Virus record (IMG/VR): IMGVR_UViG_3300012878_000049
Span: 1 to 52,569 of that record
Source of the DNA: a virus
Lineage: Duplodnaviria > Caudoviricetes
Strand: one strand, 5' to 3'
DNA length: 52,569 nucleotides
Position numbers and translations under genes: made by a program. Each line of letters begins with the position of its first letter. The stretch's first letter is position 1. The notes under the pieces were generated by a model. That model saw only the letters and a program-made list of their open reading frames with translations, was not told the origin of the DNA and searched no databases. Shown piece after piece: positions 24,866 to 33,769 of the stretch.

Positions 24866-25297
24866 ATGGCACAGATCGATACATTCGGGCTCTACGTTCG
24901 CCGGCGGCTAGATCGCTGGGGCGAGGTCTTCGCGCTGGCCAAAGATGGCGAGTACCTGGGGCACCAGTCGAAGAACATGCTGCAGGTGCTGATCGAGCAC
25001 CGCGGCGAGATGCCCGAGCGCACTCAGGGCTTCAAGCCGATGGAGATCGACGATCAGGCGATGCAGATCGAGCTCATGGTTTCGGACGTTGCTCGGACGG
25101 ACCTGCCGATGGCGTGCGTTCTTCGGGGCTTCTACTGCGGCTCGGGCCGGCGGAAGGTGGAACGGTGGGGACAGGCGAACGAATTACTGCAGGCCCATCG
25201 GCTGCGGACCGTATCGGTCCGTTCGTATCTGGCGACGGCGGAACTGGGATTTGAGCGGATACGCGGCCGCCTTGAGGGCTTTGAGATGGCTGCGTGA
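24866..25297 (+). CDS. Q-like late antiterminator (putative)
   Basis: RRLDRWG N-term; last early gene ahead of the late promoter, terminator and lysis genes. Confidence 0.65.
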   Translation: MAQIDTFGLYVRRRLDRWGEVFALAKDGEYLGHQSKNMLQVLIEHRGEMPERTQGFKPMEIDDQAMQIELMVSDVARTDLPMACVLRGFYCGSGRRKVERWGQANELLQAHRLRTVSVRSYLATAELGFERIRGRLEGFEMAA

Positions 25298-25634
25298 GAA
25301 TGCTTTGCGCGCGGATCATCTCGGTCGTCACCGTGATCACCGTGTAACTGGTGAGCGGGAGCGATACGAGGAGGAGTGCAAATAGCCACCATGGGCCCGG
25401 GGTTCCCCGCTTATCGTTCGGTCTCAGTATCCAACGCAGTTGGCCGATCGCACTTCCGATCCGAGCTGAGAAGAAAAGAAAAAGTACCAGCCACAAGCCG
25501 TAAAGGATCTTCGAGTCGCTTACTTTTGCCGCGATGTTCAGTGCGACGACTACGATCAGCCATTCGGCAGATTTGAGTAGCCACTCCCCAGACTTCTCTG
25601 TTCCCTCGATGAGGCTGTCCATTCGGTCTTCCAT
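25074..25634 (-). CDS. Accessory membrane protein, about 3 TM
   Basis: Three hydrophobic segments, more AT-rich than flanks; tail overlaps Q antisense. Confidence 0.65.
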   Translation of the reverse strand: MEDRMDSLIEGTEKSGEWLLKSAEWLIVVVALNIAAKVSDSKILYGLWLVLFLFFSARIGSAIGQLRWILRPNDKRGTPGPWWLFALLLVSLPLTSYTVITVTTEMIRAQSILTQPSQSPQGGRVSAQIPVPPSPDTNGPIRSAADGPAVIRSPVPTVPPSAGPSRSRSPEERTPSAGPSEQRPKP

Positions 25635-25645
25635 GCTCGCTCTCG

Positions 25646-25674
25646 TTGACAGGTGTGCACCTCAAGAGTAACTT
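25646..25674 (+). promoter_or_regulatory. Late promoter (PR'-like)
   Basis: TTGACA-17-TAACTT upstream of the lysis genes. Confidence 0.75.
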
Positions 25675-25706
25675 TCCCGGCACGGTGGCAGTACTGCCTC
25701 CGCACG

Positions 25707-25737
25707 AAGCCCTGACCTGACCGGTCGGGGCTTTTTC
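25707..25737 (+). terminator. tR'-like terminator after the late promoter
   Basis: AAGCCCTGACC-TGACC-GGTCGGGGCTTTTT. Confidence 0.75.
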
Positions 25738-25858
25738 GTTCCCGCGGGTCTGGATTGGGAGCCTCCCGGTCGCCCGCACTTCCTTCGCCCGACATCCCCA
25801 ACCGGACCGACCATCGAGCCTAGCCGGGCGCGGTGCGGGCACCTATTGCGAGACCGTC

Positions 25859-26290
25859 ATGCGCCTCACGACCAATTTCACGCTGGCGGAGCTGACGGTC
25901 ACGACGACCGGCCTGCCGAACACCCCGACGCCGGCGGAGGTCGCGCACCTGGCAGCGCTCGCGGGCAAGATCCTGCAGCCGCTGCGCGATGACCTCCGCC
26001 GGCCGGTGCTGGTGAACAGCGCGTTCCGGTCGGAGCGCGTGAACCGCGCGGTGGGCGGTACAGCAACGTCGCAGCACCGGCTGGGCCAGGCTGCGGATAT
26101 CCGTGTCGACGGCATGACCTCGCGCGCGCTGGCGCAGCGAATCATCGACCTGCGGCTGCCGTTCGACCAGGTGATCGAGGAGTTCGGCCGCTGGGTGCAC
26201 GTGAGCTTGGGCCCGCGGCATCGCCGGCAGGTGCTGACGGCGACCTCGAGCGGTGGGCGGACGGTCTACGTCCCGGGCTTGACTCGATGA
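25859..26290 (+). CDS. Endolysin, peptidase M15 family
   Basis: NFTLAEL, NSAFRS..NRAVGG..SQHRLGQAAD, WVHVS. Confidence 0.9.
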   Translation: MRLTTNFTLAELTVTTTGLPNTPTPAEVAHLAALAGKILQPLRDDLRRPVLVNSAFRSERVNRAVGGTATSQHRLGQAADIRVDGMTSRALAQRIIDLRLPFDQVIEEFGRWVHVSLGPRHRRQVLTATSSGGRTVYVPGLTR

Positions 26291-26610
26291 GCAGCGCCGA
26301 GATCGCGCCCTGGTGGGTGGCGGGCGGCGCCGCGGCTCTGTGGATCGCCCGTGAGTTCATCGGCGCTGTGCTCAACCGGAAACAGGACAAGGCCGAAGCG
26401 GACGGCAACGTCGCGCTTCTGGCCGGTCTGACGTCGCGCATCGAGTCGCTGGAGCAGTCGCAGGTCGCGCTTGGGCTGCAGTTGGCCGAGGAAATGAAGC
26501 TGCGCATGACGGCGCAGGAAGAGGCCCATCGCCTGCGCCTGAGGGTGATGACGCTGGAGTCGTCGCTCCGCGGCCTGGGTGCGGTCATTCCGCCCGAGGT
26601 GCCGGCATGA
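26287..26610 (+). CDS. Holin-like membrane protein
   Basis: N-terminal TM plus coiled coil, within the lysis cassette. Confidence 0.6.
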   Translation: MSSAEIAPWWVAGGAAALWIAREFIGAVLNRKQDKAEADGNVALLAGLTSRIESLEQSQVALGLQLAEEMKLRMTAQEEAHRLRLRVMTLESSLRGLGAVIPPEVPA

Positions 26611-26963
26611 AACTTCTGGGCTGGCTGGTCACCGCGCTGGTGATCGCCTCCCTGTGGGGAGCGTTCGCGACGTGGCGCTGGTCGAGCGCATCGGCGCGCT
26701 GCGACACCCGAATCGCTGAGCAGCGGCTGGCAGATGCAGAAGCGGCCGCGAAGGACCAGGCCAAGGCGCTGGAGGTGGCCGCCGGCATCTGGACGACGGA
26801 GCGGACCTCGATCCGCGGCGAGCAGACCACCGCCGCCGGCAACACCCACACCCGCGAGACGCTGATCCGCGAGGTGCGCGTGACCGGTGAGTGCGTCATG
26901 CCCGCCGGTCTGCCGAGCCTGGCCCCGGCAGTGAAGGAGGCACGTGATGCAGCGCAGGACTGA
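26607..26963 (+). CDS. Inner-membrane spanin (Rz-like)
   Basis: N-terminal TM, helical periplasmic part, overlaps the lipoprotein gene. Confidence 0.7.
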   Translation: MKLLGWLVTALVIASLWGAFATWRWSSASARCDTRIAEQRLADAEAAAKDQAKALEVAAGIWTTERTSIRGEQTTAAGNTHTRETLIREVRVTGECVMPAGLPSLAPAVKEARDAAQD

Positions 26964-27279
26964 AACCGGTTTTTGCCAGAACGGGCAAAAACCTGTGGCG
27001 CTGCTGCTGGCCGGCTTGCTGCTGGTGCTGGCGGGCTGCGGTGGCCGGCAGACCCGCGCCGACGCCCCGCTGATCACGCCGTGCCTGGAAGCGCCGACCG
27101 CCTACGTGCCGGACGAGCCGGTGCCGCCGGCTGAGGGCGCGCCAATCCCCGACAGCTACGTCGTAGCCCTGAAGGGCTGGGCGAACAGCCTTCTCGGCGT
27201 GGTGACGCAGGACCGCATCGCGTGGCGCGGTGAGCGCCGGTGCATTCGGCGGTTCCAAGAAGCGGGGCAGATCAGATGA
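26944..27279 (+). CDS. Outer-membrane spanin lipoprotein (Rz1-like)
   Basis: LAGC lipobox, Pro-rich; true start may be downstream. Confidence 0.7.
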   Translation: MMQRRTETGFCQNGQKPVALLLAGLLLVLAGCGGRQTRADAPLITPCLEAPTAYVPDEPVPPAEGAPIPDSYVVALKGWANSLLGVVTQDRIAWRGERRCIRRFQEAGQIR

Positions 27280-27286
27280 GGCCGTA

Positions 27287-27312
27287 AAGGGCGACGCGAA
27301 GGCGCCACCCTT
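27287..27312 (-). terminator. Terminator hairpin for the minus-strand peptide genes
   Basis: AAGGGTGGCGC-CTTC-GCGTCGCCCTT pairs fully (with G-U) only on the minus strand. Confidence 0.55.
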
Positions 27313-27326
27313 CACACGACGTTCCC

Positions 27327-27551
27327 TTAGGCAGGCGGGACGCCGGGATCGCCCGGGCCGCCGGAGCACATATCTGCAATGCACGGCAGGATGATGGTTC
27401 TGTAGCAGAAGTCTGCATCCCCGGTGTCTAGGTAGCACTCCACGTACCTGGCCTCGCAATCGGGCATCGGCGGGCAAATCGGGGTTGCGGCAGCCGTACC
27501 AAACAGCGATGCGAATGCAGCGGCAGCCAGCGTTTTCAATTTCCCATTCAT
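27327..27551 (-). CDS. Secreted Cys-rich mini-protein 1 (74 aa, 6 Cys)
   Basis: Sec signal MNGKLKTLAAAAFASLFGTAAA; mature TPICPPMPDC... Confidence 0.75.
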   Translation of the reverse strand: MNGKLKTLAAAAFASLFGTAAATPICPPMPDCEARYVECYLDTGDADFCYRTIILPCIADMCSGGPGDPGVPPA

Positions 27552-27619
27552 CACTCTCTCCTCATGAGCCCATGACAGGCGGGTTGGCAATGACGTGCAC
27601 GCGAGCGGGGGAGGTCAGG

Positions 27620-27838
27620 TCAGCCAGCGATGAAGCAGTAGCCGGACTCGTCGCATTCGTACGAATACGTCCACACCCCGAGACATTGGTAAACGATGTA
27701 GCCATAAGTACCGGTCATGACTCGGGCGTCTTCTTGCCCTTCCACGCATGGCGTTCCTTCAATGGCATGAGCACTGCCAGGAATGGACATCAGCGCAGCA
27801 CCGCACGCGACTGCAAACCCCAGAATTACGCCTTTCAT
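27620..27838 (-). CDS. Secreted Cys-rich mini-protein 2 (72 aa, 4 mature Cys)
   Basis: GGAG SD; signal ending AHA; IEGTPC..YQC..YEC..GYC. Confidence 0.78.
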   Translation of the reverse strand: MKGVILGFAVACGAALMSIPGSAHAIEGTPCVEGQEDARVMTGTYGYIVYQCLGVWTYSYECDESGYCFIAG

Positions 27839-28185
27839 CTTGGTCTCCCGATAGTGAGTTGAGTCGGTGGAGGCCGACAACGCCACAGATACCGCAGTAA
27901 GCACAGCGGCGCTTCGGCAATAGCCCTAGCTCAACGTAGGAAAATCCTGATCGGTCATCGCCTGCATCGCGAAACAGCGGGGCTGTGACGGTCGTGCTGT
28001 GATACCTGCTGCTCAATGCACTGGGCAAGTTCGTGCGGCGCTGGTCAACGAGCGGTTTGTATCTCAAGCATTGGTCGAACCAAAGATCGACACGGGCGAG
28101 AGCCTGTGACAGGAAACCCAATTTGCGGGCTGGTTTGCTGTTAGAAATTCCAGGTCACATGACGTGACGATACGGAGATCGACAG

Positions 28186-28401
28186 ATGAGGAAGCTGATC
28201 AGTGCCGCGTCCGGCGTTTTGCTCCTGGCCGCGATGTTCTCTCCCGCAATTGCGCTCGCTACCGACCCACGCCCGCCACCGCCGCCATGCATCGGAGAGC
28301 CGATCTGCATCGCAGCTGACGCGGATGGCAATCTGTGGGTCTGCGGCCCTACCGGCACGTGCATCCCTTGGACCACGTCGCAGCCGCCCCTTGAGCCCTG
28401 A
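28186..28401 (+). CDS. Secreted Cys-rich mini-protein 3 (71 aa, 4 Cys)
   Basis: GGAG SD; signal ending ALA; PPPPPC..PIC..WVC..GTC; own terminator. Confidence 0.78.
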   Translation: MRKLISAASGVLLLAAMFSPAIALATDPRPPPPPCIGEPICIAADADGNLWVCGPTGTCIPWTTSQPPLEP

Positions 28402-28420
28402 CGTCATCTGCTAAGTACCG

Positions 28421-28448
28421 ACGCCCGCGAAAGCGGGCGTTTTCATTT
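28421..28448 (+). terminator. Intrinsic terminator
   Basis: ACGCCCGC-GAAA-GCGGGCGT-TTTCATTT. Confidence 0.8.
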
Positions 28449-28482
28449 CTGGTCAATCACAAGCGATTAGGGGACAGATCCG

Positions 28483-28680
28483 ATGACCGAGCAATACACC
28501 GATGCGGCGCTGGCCGCTGCGTTCAATTCGTGGATGGACGAGTACGTGAACCACCCGGAACGCTTCAGCGACACAACCGCCGCCGCGCTGAAGCATCTGC
28601 GTGAGCGGATCGACGGTCGGGAGCCGACGTACGGCGAGGTCTCCGCGGCCACTCTCAAGGCGTATCTGGCGCGCGGCTGA
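28483..28680 (+). CDS. Hypothetical protein
   Basis: 65 aa, coupled to the next ORF. Confidence 0.6.
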   Translation: MTEQYTDAALAAAFNSWMDEYVNHPERFSDTTAAALKHLRERIDGREPTYGEVSAATLKAYLARG

Positions 28681-28841
28681 TGGCTTCCTCAAGCATTACC
28701 GTCCGGATCCGTGTCGCTTGGTGGCTGCACTGGTACGTCGGCAGCGTCGCGATGTTCGCGCGCCTTCCAGGCATGGAGCCGGACCCGGTGAAGGTGGAGT
28801 ACTGGGTGCGCCGCGCGTGCCGCGTGCAGGTGGTCCACTGA
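28680..28841 (+). CDS. Small Trp-rich hypothetical protein (53 aa, not in ORF track)
   Basis: MASSSITVRIRVAWWLHWYV...; TGATG overlaps at both ends. Confidence 0.55.
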   Translation: MASSSITVRIRVAWWLHWYVGSVAMFARLPGMEPDPVKVEYWVRRACRVQVVH

Positions 28842-29098
28842 TGAGCAAGGCAACCCTCGGCCGCGACGTCGCCCCGCTTCTGCTAAAGGCGATGGGCTTG
28901 CCGCACACGGCCTGCCTGTCCGTCGATCTGGAGATGCCGGCAGCTGGTCCCGTCACGGTGGTCGCGCGCTTCAAGTTGATGCCCGATGCGCTGGCAGCAT
29001 TCTCCGCGGCATTGGGTGGCCGTGGCGAGCCAGCCACGCCGGGGCAGGGCTACCAGCCGCGCGAGTGCGAGCGCACGCCGTCGCCTGGTGCCGAGTGA
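28841..29098 (+). CDS. Hypothetical protein
   Basis: Start MSKATLGRD; TGATG overlaps. Confidence 0.55.
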   Translation: MSKATLGRDVAPLLLKAMGLPHTACLSVDLEMPAAGPVTVVARFKLMPDALAAFSAALGGRGEPATPGQGYQPRECERTPSPGAE

Positions 29099-29403
29099 TG
29101 GGCAGGCTCAAGTGCATCCCGCCGCGCGTCACCCCGGCGCCCGGTCGCCTGCAGCAGGCAGGCACCCCGAGCCAGCACCGCATCACCGGGCGACGCCTCC
29201 AGAGCCGCAGGCTCCGTGTGTGGGCGAAGGATCCGCACTGCGTGGATTGCAGCGAGCTGACCGTTTACCCGGATGGCTTCGAGCTCGACCACGAGGTGGC
29301 GCTGGTCAACGGAGGCCAAGACACCGACGAGAACAGCCGCGTGCGCTGCCATCGTTGCCACAAGACGAAGACGGCCATCGACCTTGGCCGTCAACCCGCA
29401 TGA
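29098..29403 (+). CDS. Terminase-associated HNH endonuclease
   Basis: CVDC..ELDH..L..GG.D..EN...CHRCHKTKT directly upstream of terS. Confidence 0.88.
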   Translation: MGRLKCIPPRVTPAPGRLQQAGTPSQHRITGRRLQSRRLRVWAKDPHCVDCSELTVYPDGFELDHEVALVNGGQDTDENSRVRCHRCHKTKTAIDLGRQPA

Positions 29404-29607
29404 ACCGGCTCGAACGGTCCAAACTGAACGAAACCGGTCTTCGGTCAGGCTCATGTGAAGGCGAAGCTGAACGACTGTGGATAAGTCGGGGGGATGGTCG
29501 AAACCTGAACGACCAAGCATCCGGAAACCGATCCGCCTCCCACGCGCAGCTTTTTTCCTCGGCCGGAGATTTCGGCCAGAACCCGATTTTTGAGCAGAAA
29601 CGCTGAT
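29404..29607. other. Probable cos/packaging site region
   Basis: Non-coding gap between HNH and terS as in HK97-like phages; exact cut site not determinable. Confidence 0.5.
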
Positions 29608-30003
29608 ATGGCCCGACCCCCGTTCAAACCGACCCCGGCGATGCGCAAACGCGTTGCGATCGCTGCCGGCGCGGGCATGTCGCACGAGGAAATCGCGCTC
29701 GGCCTGGGCATCGCCCGCAACACGCTGGCAAAGCACTTCGAGAAGGAGCTGTCGACCGGTGCATACGAGAAGCGCCTGGCTGTGCTGGACGCGATGCACC
29801 GCGCGGCGCTGAAGGGGAACGTGGCCGCGCAGAAGGCCTACGTCGCGCTGACGCCGCAGGCCGCCGCGCCGCCGGTGGCGAAGGAGAAGCCACTCGGCAA
29901 GAAAGAACAGGCCCAGGCCGACGCGGTCACCGCGGGGCAGGGCACGGAGTGGGGCGACCTGATCGGCCCGAACGTCACGCCGATCCGGAAGTCGGCCGCC
30001 TGA
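29608..30003 (+). CDS. terS: Terminase small subunit
   Basis: HTH N-term, GKKEQA C-term, directly before terL. Confidence 0.8.
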   Translation: MARPPFKPTPAMRKRVAIAAGAGMSHEEIALGLGIARNTLAKHFEKELSTGAYEKRLAVLDAMHRAALKGNVAAQKAYVALTPQAAAPPVAKEKPLGKKEQAQADAVTAGQGTEWGDLIGPNVTPIRKSAA

Positions 30004-30004
30004 C

Positions 30005-31672
30005 ATGGCTTGGGACCTTTCGTGCCCTGACTGGTGGCAGCGCCTCCAGTCGGGGCGGTCGCTCGTGCCAGATCTGCCCCTGTGGGCTGGGGAGGGTGAG
30101 CGCGCGGTTCGGATCTTCAACAAGCTGCGTCTGGCCGATGTGCCGGGTACGCCGACGATGGAGGAAGCGGGGGGCGACTGGTTCCGCGGCATCGTTCGCG
30201 CCATGTTCGGCTGCGTGAACCCGGAGACGCGCGAGCGGATGATCCGCGAGTTGTTCGCCTTGGTCCCGAAGAAGAACAGCAAGACGACCGACGGCGCGCT
30301 GCTGATGGTCACTGCTCTTCTGCTCAACCAGCGTCCCCGCGCCGGCTTCGTGATGACGGCGCCGGTGCAGGACGTCGCAAGCCTCGCCTATGAGGCGGCC
30401 GCGGGCGCGATCGATCTGGATCCGGTGCTCGAGAAGAAGTTCCACACACGCCACCACCTGAAAACGATCATCCATCGGGAGACGAAGGCCGAACTCGAGA
30501 TCATGACCTTCGATCCCTCGGTGCTGACCGGGCAGAAGATCTCCGGCGGCGCGCTGATCGACGAGCTGCATGTCTGCGCCAAGATGGCGAAGGCGCCGAA
30601 GGCGCTGCGCCAGATCCGCGGCGGCATGCTGCCGTTCCCCGAGTCGTTCCTGGCTTTCATCACGACGCAGAGTGACGAGGCGCCGGTCGGCGTGTTCGCT
30701 GACGAGCTGACCAAGGCGCGCGACATCCGCGACGGCAAGCGCGAGGGCGCGATGCTGCCGGTGCTGTTTGAGTTCCCGAAGGACGTGCAGGAGTCGAAGG
30801 ACCGGCAGTGGGAGGATCCGGCGCTATGGCCGCTGGTCACGCCGAACCTGGGCAAGTCGATCACGCTGGAGCGGCTGAAGTCCGACCACGCCGATGCGAA
30901 GGCGACCAGCGAGGCGGAGCTGCGGGTCTGGGCGTCGCAGCATTTGAACATCCAGATCGGCATGGCGCTGCACGGCGCCGGCTGGTCGGGCGCCGAATTC
31001 TGGGAACGGTGCGAGCGCCGCGGCGTCGATCTCGATTACCTGCTGGCGTGGTCCGAGGTGATCGACTTCGGCATCGACGGCGGCGGCCTGGACGATCTTC
31101 TGGGCGCCGCGGCGGTCGGCCGGCACAAGGAGACCGGCGAGTGGCTGGTCTGGACGCATGCCTGGGCGCACCCGTCGGTGCTCGAGCGGCGCAAGGAGAT
31201 CGACGCGCACCTGCGCGGGTTCGCGCGCGACGGCCACCTGACGCTGGTGTCGCAGATCGGCGAGGACGTGGACCAGGTCGCGGAGATCGTGGCGTCGGTC
31301 GAGGAGGCCGGCCTGCTGGACCTGGTTGGCGTCGACCCGGCCGGCGTCGGTGCGGTACTCGACGCGCTGGAAGCGGCCGGCGTGCCGGCGGAGAAGATCA
31401 AGGCGGTGTCGCAGGGATGGAAGCTCACGGGGCCGATCAAGACGGCAGAGCGAAAGCTGGCCGAGGGCGCGCTGATCCACGGCGGACAGCCGCTGATGGC
31501 GTGGTGCGTCGGCAACGCAAAGGTGGTGCCGGTCGGCAACGCTGTGAACATCACCAAGCAGGCTAGCGGCACCGCGAAGATCGACCCGCTGATGGCGGTG
31601 TTCAACGCGGTATCGCTGATGGCGCTTAACCCAGCGGCACCCGGCAGTAAGTACCAGATGATGTTCATCTGA
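30005..31672 (+). CDS. terL: Terminase large subunit
   Basis: VPKKNSKTT Walker A, LIDELH Walker B, GIDGGGLDDL, KIDPLMA. Confidence 0.93.
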   Translation: MAWDLSCPDWWQRLQSGRSLVPDLPLWAGEGERAVRIFNKLRLADVPGTPTMEEAGGDWFRGIVRAMFGCVNPETRERMIRELFALVPKKNSKTTDGALLMVTALLLNQRPRAGFVMTAPVQDVASLAYEAAAGAIDLDPVLEKKFHTRHHLKTIIHRETKAELEIMTFDPSVLTGQKISGGALIDELHVCAKMAKAPKALRQIRGGMLPFPESFLAFITTQSDEAPVGVFADELTKARDIRDGKREGAMLPVLFEFPKDVQESKDRQWEDPALWPLVTPNLGKSITLERLKSDHADAKATSEAELRVWASQHLNIQIGMALHGAGWSGAEFWERCERRGVDLDYLLAWSEVIDFGIDGGGLDDLLGAAAVGRHKETGEWLVWTHAWAHPSVLERRKEIDAHLRGFARDGHLTLVSQIGEDVDQVAEIVASVEEAGLLDLVGVDPAGVGAVLDALEAAGVPAEKIKAVSQGWKLTGPIKTAERKLAEGALIHGGQPLMAWCVGNAKVVPVGNAVNITKQASGTAKIDPLMAVFNAVSLMALNPAAPGSKYQMMFI

Positions 31673-31693
31673 CCGCAGCACGACCCGACACAC

Positions 31694-31717
31694 AAGGCCC
31701 GCACACAGCGGGCCTTT
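31694..31717 (+). terminator. Hairpin / weak terminator after terL
   Basis: AAGGCCCGC-ACACA-GCGGGCCTTT. Confidence 0.55.
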
Positions 31718-31737
31718 CGCGTTTCAGGAGCAACGCA

Positions 31738-33708
31738 ATGAACCGAGCCTATTCGCTGCTGGAAATCAAGGCCGTCGATGACGACGAGCGACTGATCGAA
31801 GGCATCGCCACGACGCCGAAAACCGACCGCATGGGCGACATCGTCGAATCCGACGGCGCGGAGTTCACCTTGCCGATCCCGCTGCTCTGGCAGCACGACG
31901 CCGGGCGACCGATCGGCCACGTGATCGAGGCGAAGGTCACGCCGGAAGGTATCCGCATCAAGGCGCGCATCGAGCGCGAGCAAGAGCCTGGCGCGCTGAA
32001 GGATCTGCTCGACCTCGCTTGGGGTGCGATCAAGAAGAAACTCGTGCGCGGCCTTTCGATCGGCTTCAACGCGCTCGAGTGGAGCGACATCAAGGACACC
32101 TACGGCCGCCGCTTCACGAAGTGGGACTGGCTCGAGCTTTCCGCAGTGACGATTCCGGCCAACGCCGGCGCGTCCATCCAGACCGTCAAGTCGTTCGACA
32201 TCGGCCTGCCTGCCTCGTCTGGCACCAAGGAAGTCCCTGTAGTGCGTCTCGACACCAAGCCCGGCGCTTCGGGCAGCAAGACCAACACCAACCCGAAGCC
32301 CCAGGAGGGCAGCATGGATACCGCAACCCAGATCAAGCAGTTCGAAGACACCCGCGCGACCAAGTCGACGCGCATGGGTGAAATCATGAAGGCGGCCGGC
32401 GAGACCGGCTCGACCCTCGACGCATCGCAGGAGGAGGAGTACGACACCCTCGCCGGCGAGGTGAAGTCGATCGATGCACACCTCAAGCGTCTGCGCGACT
32501 TCGAGTCGGCCCAGGCGGCGACCGCCACGCCGATCACGGCCAAGACCGGCAGTAACCCGGACGACGCTTCGGCTGCCCGCAGCGGCGCTCCGATGATCGT
32601 CAAGAGCGTCAAGAACGAGGAGCCCGGCATCGGCTTTACCAAGTTCGCGCTGGCGATGTACGCCGGCAAGGGCGATGTGTCGAGCGCCAAGGCGTTCGCT
32701 GATCACGCGTTCGGCAACGACACCCGCCTGCAGAACGTCATGAAGGCCGCGGTCGCCGCCGGCACCACGACCGATCCGGCATGGGCCGGCAGCCTGGTGG
32801 ACTACCAGAACCTGTCGAGCGAGTTCGTCGAGTTCCTGCGCCCGCGCACGATCCTCGGCCAGCTCGGTCAAGGCGGCATCCCCGGACTGCGCCGCGTGCC
32901 GTTCAACGTGCGCATCCCTGGCAAGACTGCCAAGGGTCGCGCGCAGTGGGTCGGCGAAGGTTTCCGTAAGCCGGTCACGAAATCGGGCTATGAGGCCGCC
33001 GAGCTGAAGTGGGCGAAGATCGCGGCGATCTCGGTCGTGACCGAAGAGCTGGCGCGCTTCTCGGACCCGTCGATCCAGCTACTGGTGCGCGACGATCTGT
33101 CCGAAGCGGTCATCGAGCGTATGGACGAGGACTTCGTGGATCCGGCGAAGGCAGCCGGCACCGGTGCGAGCCTGTCCCCGGCGTCGATCACCAACGGCGT
33201 CACGCCGACCCCGGCTACCGGCGACGTGGATGCCGATATCGCGGCTCTATGGGCCACGGCTGATGCCACGGACCTGCCGGTTTCCAGCGCGGTCTACATC
33301 ACCGACAGCGCGACAGCGCGCCAGTTGGTGCGCCGCAAGAACCCGCTGGGCAACCGCGAGTACCCGAACGTCACCATGAGCGGCGGCAACATCGATGGCG
33401 TGCCGTTGGTGGTGTCGAACTACGTGCCGGCGGGCACCTTCATCCTGGCCTTCACGAGCGAGATCTATCTCGCCGACGACGGCATCGTGACGATCGACAT
33501 GAGCCGCGAGGCCACGATCATCATGGATGACGACGCGACGGCCACGCCGACGCTGGCGCAGATCCAGAGCATGTTCCAGACGAACCAGCTCGCGATCCGT
33601 GCAGAGCGCTACGTCAACTGGAAGAAGCGCCGCCCGCAGGCGGTGGCCTACCTCTCCGGCGTCGACTGGACGCCGGCGGTGCCGGTCACTCCGGGCGACG
33701 ACGACTGA
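31738..33708 (+). CDS. HK97-type prohead protease fused to major capsid protein
   Basis: PLLWQHD, GLSIGF, ELSAVTIPAN protease motifs; AQWVGEG, DGVPLVVS, SMFQTNQLAIRAER capsid motifs. Confidence 0.92.
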   Translation: MNRAYSLLEIKAVDDDERLIEGIATTPKTDRMGDIVESDGAEFTLPIPLLWQHDAGRPIGHVIEAKVTPEGIRIKARIEREQEPGALKDLLDLAWGAIKKKLVRGLSIGFNALEWSDIKDTYGRRFTKWDWLELSAVTIPANAGASIQTVKSFDIGLPASSGTKEVPVVRLDTKPGASGSKTNTNPKPQEGSMDTATQIKQFEDTRATKSTRMGEIMKAAGETGSTLDASQEEEYDTLAGEVKSIDAHLKRLRDFESAQAATATPITAKTGSNPDDASAARSGAPMIVKSVKNEEPGIGFTKFALAMYAGKGDVSSAKAFADHAFGNDTRLQNVMKAAVAAGTTTDPAWAGSLVDYQNLSSEFVEFLRPRTILGQLGQGGIPGLRRVPFNVRIPGKTAKGRAQWVGEGFRKPVTKSGYEAAELKWAKIAAISVVTEELARFSDPSIQLLVRDDLSEAVIERMDEDFVDPAKAAGTGASLSPASITNGVTPTPATGDVDADIAALWATADATDLPVSSAVYITDSATARQLVRRKNPLGNREYPNVTMSGGNIDGVPLVVSNYVPAGTFILAFTSEIYLADDGIVTIDMSREATIIMDDDATATPTLAQIQSMFQTNQLAIRAERYVNWKKRRPQAVAYLSGVDWTPAVPVTPGDDD

Positions 33709-33722
33709 CCCGACGGAGCAAC

Positions 33723-33750
33723 GCCCGCCCGGTTCGCCGGGCGGGCTTCC
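33723..33750 (+). terminator. Strong hairpin after the capsid gene
   Basis: GCCCGCCCGG-TTCG-CCGGGCGGGC with a short U tail. Confidence 0.6.
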
Positions 33751-33769
33751 CGCCACTCCGGAGTACGAA

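Noticed and set aside
31036-32871. 611-aa minus-strand ORF
   Set aside because: Shadow of terL and the capsid gene in GC-rich DNA
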